Shown here one piece after another: positions 1-7,947 of a stretch of 17,062 nt of DNA (position 1 is the first letter of the stretch; each line of letters opens with the position of its first letter). Location: contig JAEOTA010000080.1 in the NCBI GenBank assembly GCA_016840085.1, positions 1 to 17,062 of the forward strand. The letters run 5' to 3'. The translations under genes and the position numbers were made by a program. Under the pieces are notes generated by a model. The model was not told the origin of the DNA, did no database searches, and worked only from the letters and a program-made list of their open reading frames with translations. Source of the stretch: Promethearchaeota archaeon (GTDB lineage Archaea; Asgardarchaeota; Lokiarchaeia; Sigyniarchaeales; SOKP01).

Positions 1-127
1 AATTAATTCATTAATTAAAATAGAGGATTAGGCGAATTTAAGTCTGTCGTTTAGGAAAAACGTGATTTAATTAAGCCTCCAAAAGCTATAAATATTTTTG
101 TCGATGAAGGTAAATTAAAAATTATCT
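1..127 (+). repeat. Left copy of a perfect 127-bp terminal inverted repeat
   Basis: 1-127 is the exact reverse complement of 16936-17062. The first mismatch is at 128/16935. It contains TTAATTAA at 11-18 and 67-74 and an imperfect hairpin at 21-81. Confidence 0.97.
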
Positions 128-228
128 CTCCATTATAGTATAACTTTTAAGACTTGCTTATGTACTCTATATGGATTTAAACGTGTATAATAATATTATT
201 TATCATTTTCGTTTGAGGATGGTCAAGT

Positions 229-1140
229 ATGAGTAAAGTAAAGTTTGGAGTAACTATAAATGCTACACCGGATATGCTCTACAGATCTGATTACGATTCA
301 ATTAAAAAAATAGCACAGGAATGTGAAAGATTAGGTTATGACTCTCTTTGGGCCATGGATCACCTTATGTGGGGGTTTAATAATGAGGGAAGCGTGTTCG
401 AAGCTTGGACATTGCTTTCTGCCTTAGCTAGGGAAACCAAATTAATCAAGCTCGGACCCTTGGTGACGTGCAATGCTTTTAGAAATCCCACTCTGACAGC
501 CAAAATTGGGGCCACACTTGATATTATCTCCAATGGGAGATTAATATTTGCCTATGGTGCCGGTTGGAAGGGGGATGAACACGAAGCGTATGGATTTCGA
601 TTTAAGAATCGAGTCACACGAGTGAAACAAATGAGAGAAGGGATAACTCTAATAAAGAAGCTATGGACTGAAGAAAGAACGAGTTTTCAAGGAGATTTCT
701 ATGAAGCAAAAGAAGCAGTCTGTAAGCCAAAGCCCGTGCAAAAACCGCATCCTCCCATTATGATTGGAGGGGGTGGAGAAAAGCATACACTAAAGGTTGC
801 AGCCGAAATCGGTGATATCTGGGACGTGTGGGGGGCTTCTATAGAAGAATATAGAAGAAAGGTGAATATTCTACAAGAATACTGCGAGAAACTCGAAAGA
901 AAAATAGATGATATAGAACTCTCATGGAGTGGTCCATTTTTGATTGGAAAGAATAAAACAGATTTGAGTAAGAAAATTAGTAGGTATGGAGTTGTAAATA
1001 GCATTCTTTGTACCTATAACAACTGTATAGAAATACTGCAAGACTATATTGACTCAGGTTGCTCACAATTCATTTTTACTTTAAATTGTTTTAATGAGGA
1101 AAAGGAGACCTTTATGGAAGAAATAGCTTCATCATTTTAG
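229..1140 (+). CDS. Luciferase-like monooxygenase (LLM) class, probably F420-dependent oxidoreductase
   Basis: 303 aa with LLM motifs GYDSLWAMDHL, LLSALARETKLIKLGPLV, LDIISNGRL..GAGW and PKPVQKPHPPIMIGGGGEK. A purine-rich RBS-like gagga lies upstream of the ATG. Confidence 0.9.
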   Translation: MSKVKFGVTINATPDMLYRSDYDSIKKIAQECERLGYDSLWAMDHLMWGFNNEGSVFEAWTLLSALARETKLIKLGPLVTCNAFRNPTLTAKIGATLDIISNGRLIFAYGAGWKGDEHEAYGFRFKNRVTRVKQMREGITLIKKLWTEERTSFQGDFYEAKEAVCKPKPVQKPHPPIMIGGGGEKHTLKVAAEIGDIWDVWGASIEEYRRKVNILQEYCEKLERKIDDIELSWSGPFLIGKNKTDLSKKISRYGVVNSILCTYNNCIEILQDYIDSGCSQFIFTLNCFNEEKETFMEEIASSF

Positions 1141-1174
1141 AAAAAGATATAAAAAACACCAATAGAAAAAATAG

Positions 1175-1188
1175 GAGTCTTTTGACTC
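1175..1188. terminator. Small hairpin between convergent genes (possible terminator)
   Basis: gagtc-tttt-gactc, preceded by A-runs and followed by a T9 run at 1206-1214. Confidence 0.35.
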
Positions 1189-1232
1189 GAAGAAATTTAA
1201 ATAAATTTTTTTTTATCTAATTCCATTTTTGA

Positions 1233-1451
1233 TTATAAGGTGTATTTATATATTTTGCCGCATTTTCTACACCTTACTATAATGATATTGCTCTTCCGTC
1301 TAAAAATATAATCTGCTTCACTTTCCGCGCAAATATGTGGTTCATCCTCTATTATAAACCAGTGTTTTTCACATTCTTCACATATAAATATAAGATGATT
1401 CTGATCTCCTATTGAAATTATATTCTCAGAATTACAATACGGACATTCCAT
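1233..1451 (-). CDS. Small Cys-rich double zinc-ribbon protein (72 aa)
   Basis: MECPYC...CEEC...HIC...CRKC gives 8 candidate ligands. The start is moved from 1478 to ATG 1451 because a TATA-like CTATAAATA (minus strand, 1479-1487) sits about 30 nt upstream. Confidence 0.75.
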   Translation of the reverse strand: MECPYCNSENIISIGDQNHLIFICEECEKHWFIIEDEPHICAESEADYIFRRKSNIIIVRCRKCGKIYKYTL

Positions 1452-1476
1452 TTTTAAACTAAAGATATGGTAAAAC

Positions 1477-1490
1477 AATATTTATAGACT
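1477..1490 (-). promoter_or_regulatory. Archaeal TATA-like promoter of the zinc-ribbon gene
   Basis: The minus strand reads agtCTATAAATATT about 30 nt before ATG 1451. The same 11-mer occurs at 86-96 in the terminal repeat. Confidence 0.45.
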
Positions 1491-1612
1491 TCTTCAATAT
1501 TTAGTACCATAATTCATATCTAAAAAACTTCGTTATATACAGGAGTATATAATTTTTTATCAAAATCCATTTGATCAGGATTTTTTAAAACAATTAAATA
1601 AAGGTTAAGAAA

Positions 1613-2053
1613 ATGAAAACCCTTAAAGAATCTATAGAAATAAATGTACCTCCTGAAGTTATTTGGGAGTGGTTCTTACACCTCGCAGAGAATTATTGTG
1701 ATTGGCATCCTTCTCATATAAAAGCTTATTGGAAAAGTGGGATCCCTAATAAAATTGGCTCAGTGTTCTATGCTGAAGAGAATGTTGCTGGAGAATTATT
1801 AAAAATGAAATCTAAGCTAACTAAGTTTATCCCTAATAGATTATATAAATATAAAATGGTAAGTTCTTTAAAACTCCTTCTCCCTCGTGGTACTTTTGAA
1901 ATCAACCCTTCCGGAAAGGGTAGTTTTTTCACAGCAACTCTTGACTTTCGCATGGGGAATCTGCTTTCTAAAATTGCAAAGAAGAAAGTGAGAGAGATAA
2001 CTCAGCATATGATTGAAGAAGGACAAAATTTGAAAAGTATTTTAGAAACTTGA
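1613..2053 (+). CDS. SRPBCC (START/Bet v1/polyketide cyclase-like) family protein
   Basis: 146 aa with N-terminal ESIEINVPPEVIWEWF...YCDWHP and C-terminal helix ...EGQNLKSILE, typical of SRPBCC proteins. Confidence 0.8.
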   Translation: MKTLKESIEINVPPEVIWEWFLHLAENYCDWHPSHIKAYWKSGIPNKIGSVFYAEENVAGELLKMKSKLTKFIPNRLYKYKMVSSLKLLLPRGTFEINPSGKGSFFTATLDFRMGNLLSKIAKKKVREITQHMIEEGQNLKSILET

Positions 2054-2108
2054 AGTACTTATAGTATGCATGTTTTTACTTTAATACCAATAATTACCAT
2101 TAATCAAA

Positions 2109-2136
2109 GTATTATTACGGTTAATAATAATAATAC
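2109..2136. terminator. AT-rich inverted repeat between convergent genes
   Basis: gtattatta-N10-taataatac. Confidence 0.3.
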
Positions 2137-2144
2137 ATCTAATT

Positions 2145-3383
2145 TTAAATACGATACGCACGAAATAAACATGGAATTAACCGTACGCTGTTTGAAAGTC
2201 CCAGATACTTCATAAGTTTTCGTTTACGGGATAACATAACCTTCCAAATCTGTTTTCTTGTTTGACTCCTAGTAAACATCGCAATCATTGCTTGCCTCAT
2301 CTCAGGATCTTCTTGGGCTATTGAATATGCTGCATCAATAATTTTTTCTAATAATCTACTATGATATAAAAGAGTATGGATTTTGTATGAATATCTTAAC
2401 TCTTCTTCAAAAAGATGCTTTAGGAGGAGCTTATGATATCTTGCAAGACTGAGTTCCCCAAAATCTTCCTCTTCATAGGCTTTACAAAATATTTCTGCTG
2501 CTAATTTACCAGATAATCGAGCTTGGTAGATCCCTTCATATAAAATGGGGTCAGCAGTCCCACATGCATCACCAATAACCATTACATGCTCACGGTAGGG
2601 TTTTGAAATTATCCTGTCAGGAATAGGCGCCGCCCAAATCTTACGACTTTCAAATATTCTCATTTTTCTTCCAACAAGTTTCTCCTTTATGAGCGGATAA
2701 TGCAGGAATGCTTCAAAATGCCTCATCTTTATACTTTGGCCTAATATCCCAATACTTACAGCTTCTCGCTTTGGAAATGCCCAAGCGATACCATGTTCAC
2801 TTATACTGCGATCGAAGAATTCCCAGATTCGGTCACCGAATTTTTCTGTAATGTCAGATTCAGGCATTGCAAACTCGGCTTGTATTCCATTTATCATAGG
2901 TGGAACTTCAATTCCAAGATGCCTCTGGAGATGAGCACCACCAAGACCAGTTGCAAGAATTACACAGTTACTTCGAAATTCTTGAGGTCCTTTTACGACT
3001 ACCTCTTCGCCTTTGATCTCAATATTTTTAACTCGAAAACCATATGTAACCTCAGCACCCACGTTATGAGCTATATCTAAAAGGTATTTATCGAAATCTG
3101 TCCGAAACATACAGAAACCTTTGTCTTTCTCTCCTGTCGTATCGAAGTCCATAGGTTCCTTCTCAGGAGTGACTAAAACTCCTCCTGTTATTTCACGTTC
3201 ATCAACTCCGGATGGAATTGGTGTGAACTCCTCATTACTTACCGGAATACCACCAGCACAGCATTTGTATCGCCCTTCTTTCCCTGCTTCAAGTAGTAAA
3301 ACTTTTGCTCCTTTTTTTGCTGCAAATTTTGCAGCAGTAGCTCCACCTGGTCCTCCCCCAACAATTATCAAATCATAAGTCAT
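2145..3383 (-). CDS. Geranylgeranyl reductase family FAD-dependent oxidoreductase (GGR/DGGGPL reductase paralog)
   Basis: YDLIIVGGGPGG FAD-binding motif, KCCAGGI, RTDFDKYL, IAWAFPK (YxWxFP-like) and IGDACGTADPILYEGI. Confidence 0.85.
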   Translation of the reverse strand: MTYDLIIVGGGPGGATAAKFAAKKGAKVLLLEAGKEGRYKCCAGGIPVSNEEFTPIPSGVDEREITGGVLVTPEKEPMDFDTTGEKDKGFCMFRTDFDKYLLDIAHNVGAEVTYGFRVKNIEIKGEEVVVKGPQEFRSNCVILATGLGGAHLQRHLGIEVPPMINGIQAEFAMPESDITEKFGDRIWEFFDRSISEHGIAWAFPKREAVSIGILGQSIKMRHFEAFLHYPLIKEKLVGRKMRIFESRKIWAAPIPDRIISKPYREHVMVIGDACGTADPILYEGIYQARLSGKLAAEIFCKAYEEEDFGELSLARYHKLLLKHLFEEELRYSYKIHTLLYHSRLLEKIIDAAYSIAQEDPEMRQAMIAMFTRSQTRKQIWKVMLSRKRKLMKYLGLSNSVRLIPCLFRAYRI

Positions 3384-3496
3384 AAATAGTCCTTCATATT
3401 TTTTTTGAGGTCAAAAATCACTTAAATTTTAATAAAACTATTTAGTTCTTTAGTAATAGAGCATAATTTTATAAAAATTTTTAGAGGTTATTATAG

Positions 3497-6400
3497 TTGA
3501 GATTTTTAGTTTTAAGTCATCGTAACCCCATTTCTCCTCCATATATCTTTTTAAAAATGCCAGAAACGATTCAAAGAGATGATATTCAACAAGTTCCTTT
3601 ATTGATCGATCTCTATGAGAGTGGGTTTTTTAAACATACGTTTGGAACTTTTAAAACAGCAAATTTAATCTTTGAGATTCCCAGTGAATATTCAGGTACA
3701 AAAAAGGAGCGTCTTTTAATTTCATTAGTTATTGATGGCAAATCCGAAATAAATACTGCTTTAGCTCAGAAATTTTTAGAGGGATTTGTTGAAGATTTCA
3801 AAAAAATCGATGATGCGTTCAAGGCTTTTTATATGAACTCTACAAGTTATAAAGGAGATCCTATAAAACTAGAGGAAATTAGAGTACTTCTAAATACTTT
3901 TAATATTTCTTTTCCAGAAGAGGAAGTCATATTTGAACAAAAAGAAGCAAAAATCTTAATTTTTGGGCTTTCAATGGCGGGGAAAACAACAATAATTCGA
4001 ACGAGAAGGAAGTCAGTATCAAAAGCAATATTTCCAACAATAAATGTCGACATTTCTAGAATTTTAGTTAATAATGTATCTTTATTGACTTATGATATCC
4101 CTGGAAAATATAACGTTAAGGAACTATGGAAACCCTATCTAAAAAACCAAGATGGATTGATATTTGTTTTAGATGTTACAGATAAAGTAAAATTCTCATA
4201 TGCTCGTGAGTTACTGCATGAAATTGCGGGGAAACCAGAGTTAAGTGAATTACCACTTCTTATCCTTTTTAATAAGATTGATTTAAAACAACCAGATATA
4301 AAAGATCTAGAAGATGCTATGGGACTGAAGAAACTTGGAAAGAGACCAATAAAATCATTTTTGACAAGTGGAATTAAAAATATTAATATTGATGAGGCAT
4401 TTAACTGGCTTTCCCTAAAAATTGCAGAGAGGGTAGAACAATTTACTCCAAAAAGCGAGGTTGGGATAATTTTATGTCGATGGGATGAAAATTTAGGTAT
4501 TAAAGCCGAAGCTGTATATCCTAATGATGCTTTTGAAAATCCAGAATTAATATCTATTAAAAGTGTTTCAATATCGCAATTTATTTTTAAAGGAGATGAA
4601 TTTAAACCAACGTCCGTAATTCTTCCATTTCCTCACCTAAATTCCAATGCAGCTATTTATTTTGACTTTATTGAAAATGAGAGTATTAGAGGCGGTTTAT
4701 TACCCTTATCTTTAATAATTTATTACAGTGAAAAAATTCCTAAAAATATAATTAACCAATTTAGTTCATTCATTGTTAAGCAATTTAACGACATAAAAAA
4801 GAATTATCTTGATAAAAAACAAGTGGAAGATATTCTTCAATCTATTCATAGTACGATAATTAATCAAATAACTTTATTTCAGCCTTCAATTGAAGCGCTA
4901 AAAATAGCTGAATTACGTTATGAGGCTTTATTTAAAGCTGCTCGAGATGCTATTTTAATTATTGATAAAACCTCAGGAATAATAATGGATGCTAACAAAG
5001 AAGCGGAGGAGTTATTTCAACGGCCATTTGAGGATTTTATTGGATTACATTCAAGTCAAGTATTAAGTGGGATTATTAATATAGATTTTAATGAAGAAGT
5101 ATTTGATCCTCTTGATTATCCCTTTCCTTTAAGATTAGAGGTCATTGATAATTCTGGTAATCTTATTCCAGTGGAAATTAGTGTAAGTGAAATCCAGATG
5201 GGGGGGCAAATCTTTGCCCAATATATTATTCGAGATATTACTATGAGAATAGAATCAGAAATTAAATTAAAGCATTCTGAAATAAAGTATCGTCACCTTT
5301 TCAAAGATTCACCTTTTTCTATTCTTTTAATTAATCCTAAAGGTTTTTTAGTTGATATTAATCCTGCTTTAGAAAAAACGTTAGGATATGCAAGAGAGGA
5401 ATTAATAGGACGAAAATTTGTTGATCTTTCACTAATACATCAAGATTATATAGTGGAGGTTCTTAAAAGATTTAAAAAAGAAGAAAGAGGTAAAATTTTT
5501 CCTTCAATAGAAATTCAGCTTTATCAGAAAAATGGCAGACTCATTTGGGTAAATATGCAATCATCTTTAGTTGATATTGGTGAAAATACATTTTATCAAA
5601 TAATATGTCAGAATATAACAGAACAGAAAAAAATAGAACAGGAATTAAAGAAGATATCAAGATTAAAAGCTATAATTACCGAAATAGTATCTAGATTTGT
5701 TGGTATAAAAGATTTTACTGAAGCACTCATTCTTTCACTTAGAGATATTGGTGAATTTGTTCATGCAACAAGAGCTTATCTTTATATTTTTAATAATATT
5801 TACGATTTCACGAAAAGAAATTATATATGGTATAGTAAATTAATGTATCCCAAAATTGGCTTGCCTAAAAACATATTAATTAATGATTTTCCATGGGTAA
5901 TTGAGAAATTAAAAATGTCTGATTATTTTTACATTAAAAATGTAAATAACCTTCCTGAACAAGCAACAAAATTGAAAAATTTTCTTAAAATTCATAAAAT
6001 TGAAAACCTTTTAACATTTTCAATAAAAATTGACGGCACCTTAGAAGGAATAGTTTGTTTTGATAATATAACAGAGGAGGATTATTGGATAGAAGAAAAT
6101 CTAGAATTATTAAGTATTATTTCAGATATCCTTAAAAATGTGATATTACGTAAAATAGCTGAAGAGAATTTACGTTTAAGTAAAGAATCTATTCACCAAG
6201 AATTTGATAGAGAGTATTTTTATAAGGAGCTATTTGTAAATGATATAAATACTATAATAAAGAGCATTCAATCCCTATTAGATGAATGTATCAAACAAGA
6301 TAATCAAATTATATTAAAATCTAGAAGAGAATTATTAGATTCTATTAAAGATCAATGTATAAACGGTAAACTTTTAATACATATAATAAAAAGGTTGACA

Positions 6401-6868
6401 TTACTTAATGAAGCAAAAATTATGATTGAACCTGTGAATTTAATTAATGTAATTCAGAATGTTATTGAATTTGTTACAAATAATTATTCTAATAAAAAAA
6501 TTGATATAATAGTTGAACATCCAAATGAGGATCTATATGTAAAAGCTGATAAGTTTCTAATAGATGTTTTTTTCAATATCATTTTTAGTTCAATTCGATA
6601 TAATAAAAAACCAATAATAGAGATTAAAATTATTATCTTTAGAAATCAAATAGAGAACGAAAATTATATTAAAGTAAAATTTGTCGATTATCAGAAAGAA
6701 ATTTTAAACATCGGGAAAGAAATGATCTTCAATAAAGAAAGAGAAAAAGATGATAAGATCAAAGAAATAATTTTAGGATTTCTTTTAGTGGAGCGAGTTT
6801 TAAATAATTATAGTGGAAAAATATGGGTTGAAGGAGATTCTTTTGTAATTTTATTACCTGAAGCTTAA
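3497..6868 (+). CDS. Multidomain signalling protein: longin-like, Arf-like small GTPase, longin/uDENN-like, PAS, PAS, GAF, degenerate HisKA/HATPase
   Basis: GTPase motifs: G1 GLSMAGKT (3965-3988), G2 FPT, G3 DIPG (4094), G4 NKID (4271), G5 TSG. PAS motifs: RYEALFKAARDAILIID...DANKEAEELF...RDIT and KYRHLFKDSP...INPALEKTLGYAREELIG...QNITEQK. GAF-like region ending EENLELLSIISDIL. Kinase-like tail FYKELFVNDIN...VKADKFLIDVFFNII...GKIWVE. Start is TTG (alternative ATG 3557). Confidence 0.85.
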   Translation: MRFLVLSHRNPISPPYIFLKMPETIQRDDIQQVPLLIDLYESGFFKHTFGTFKTANLIFEIPSEYSGTKKERLLISLVIDGKSEINTALAQKFLEGFVEDFKKIDDAFKAFYMNSTSYKGDPIKLEEIRVLLNTFNISFPEEEVIFEQKEAKILIFGLSMAGKTTIIRTRRKSVSKAIFPTINVDISRILVNNVSLLTYDIPGKYNVKELWKPYLKNQDGLIFVLDVTDKVKFSYARELLHEIAGKPELSELPLLILFNKIDLKQPDIKDLEDAMGLKKLGKRPIKSFLTSGIKNINIDEAFNWLSLKIAERVEQFTPKSEVGIILCRWDENLGIKAEAVYPNDAFENPELISIKSVSISQFIFKGDEFKPTSVILPFPHLNSNAAIYFDFIENESIRGGLLPLSLIIYYSEKIPKNIINQFSSFIVKQFNDIKKNYLDKKQVEDILQSIHSTIINQITLFQPSIEALKIAELRYEALFKAARDAILIIDKTSGIIMDANKEAEELFQRPFEDFIGLHSSQVLSGIINIDFNEEVFDPLDYPFPLRLEVIDNSGNLIPVEISVSEIQMGGQIFAQYIIRDITMRIESEIKLKHSEIKYRHLFKDSPFSILLINPKGFLVDINPALEKTLGYAREELIGRKFVDLSLIHQDYIVEVLKRFKKEERGKIFPSIEIQLYQKNGRLIWVNMQSSLVDIGENTFYQIICQNITEQKKIEQELKKISRLKAIITEIVSRFVGIKDFTEALILSLRDIGEFVHATRAYLYIFNNIYDFTKRNYIWYSKLMYPKIGLPKNILINDFPWVIEKLKMSDYFYIKNVNNLPEQATKLKNFLKIHKIENLLTFSIKIDGTLEGIVCFDNITEEDYWIEENLELLSIISDILKNVILRKIAEENLRLSKESIHQEFDREYFYKELFVNDINTIIKSIQSLLDECIKQDNQIILKSRRELLDSIKDQCINGKLLIHIIKRLTLLNEAKIMIEPVNLINVIQNVIEFVTNNYSNKKIDIIVEHPNEDLYVKADKFLIDVFFNIIFSSIRYNKKPIIEIKIIIFRNQIENENYIKVKFVDYQKEILNIGKEMIFNKEREKDDKIKEIILGFLLVERVLNNYSGKIWVEGDSFVILLPEA

Positions 6869-7123
6869 AAATTGAGAATTCAGAAAAAACACAATTGGGT
6901 TTTGATGAAATATATTGAACTACAAAGCTCATTTTCTTGCTTTTCTCACTTTTTTATTATTTTTCTCCTTTTCAGTTGAAAAATCTATCATTTTATCATT
7001 ATTTAATACACTATTAAACGTAAAAGATGTGATGCTAAATATCAATTTTCATCGTTTTTCTTCATTTCAGAGTGAACATGTATTTATATCAAGATGAAAT
7101 TCAATAATATCTTGTGGTTAAAA

Positions 7124-7798
7124 ATGAATGAATTGAGTCTTGAAGATATAAAACAACATATAAATCAACAAAACCTATATCAGCAATCCAAACGAAAAAA
7201 TAAGAGATTAGCAGGAATAATTGCACCTCCAATTTTGATGTTAGCCATGTTTCTCATTTATACCTTATTTGGTATAATTTTTGGAAATGAGGTTGGGTGG
7301 TATTTGGGATTGTTTGTATATTGGATGCTATGTGGATTATTATTTTCAATATGGCTTATTGGTTTTGAAAAGATTAAACAATTGAGTGTACCTCGAAAAT
7401 TGAAATTAAAATTGATTCCTTTAATTATATTTCCTGTGTTAATGGCATTTATTTTTAGGTACTTTTCAGGAACAGAATACAATAAAATAAACATATTGGG
7501 CGCTCTATTGCTTGTGATAACGGCGTTTGGAAATGGAATCTTTGAAGAAATATTATGGTGAGGAGTCTATATGGAATTATATCCAAATAATTATTTCATG
7601 AGAATTATCTATTCCACAATCTGGTATGCAATGTTTCACTTTGCCTCAGGAAGTCTATCTTCAAATTCTAATGTGTTGGGTTTAGTAATTGGATCTGCAT
7701 TTTTTGGAATATGTCTAGCTTTTTTAGCTAAATGGACCGATACTATTTGGTGGAGTATCCTCTGTCATGTCTTAGGTGGTCTAGTCGTAGTTGCATAA
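7124..7798 (+). pseudogene. CPBP (CAAX protease type II / Abi) intramembrane protease interrupted by an in-frame TGA at 7559-7561
   Basis: ORFs 7094-7561 and 7571-7798 are in the same frame and read FEEILW*GVYMELYP. The stop replaces the Arg of the EExxxR motif. Later motifs are YAMFH and CHVLGG, with multiple TM segments. Likely start is ATG 7124. Confidence 0.8.
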
Positions 7799-7810
7799 AT
7801 TAGATAAAAA

Positions 7811-7853
7811 AAAGAAAGAAATGACACTTCGATTGGGGTTATTTCTTTTAATT
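7811..7853. repeat. Diverged direct repeat copy A (relic of the amidohydrolase 3' end)
   Basis: Matches 9561-9603 at 38/43 positions, and 30/33 over 7821-7853. The minus strand encodes LKEITPIEVS versus LKEIIPIEV* in the intact gene. Confidence 0.85.
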
Positions 7854-7947
7854 CTGAATCGATTCCAAAAAAATGTTATTTCTACAGCTAAATGCCTATA
7901 AAAAAATAAAAAATTAGATGAAAGAAAAGCAAATAATAGGACAGATT

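Noticed and set aside
6915-7097. 60-aa ORF in the intergenic gap
   Set aside because: TTG start, low-complexity Phe/Leu/Ser content from T-rich DNA, and it overlaps the likely promoter of the CPBP gene.
7090-7114. caagat-N13-atcttg possible operator
   Set aside because: Only 6-bp arms, a single occurrence and no regulator nearby, so it is not distinguishable from chance.
2051-7561. Genome-wide TGA recoding as an explanation of the CPBP stop
   Set aside because: TGA terminates the SRPBCC gene at its expected end (2051-2053), and no other long gene contains internal TGA.
1206-7813. aattagataaaaaaaa shared between 1206-1222 (minus strand) and ~7798-7813
   Set aside because: Mostly a homopolymer tract in AT-rich DNA between convergent genes. 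Likely terminator-type sequence or chance.
7821-7866. Canonical SECIS element downstream of the CPBP gene
   Set aside because: AUGA is not directly stacked on the helix, there is no matching 3' GA and no apical AA. The sequence is better explained as the duplicated amidohydrolase end.
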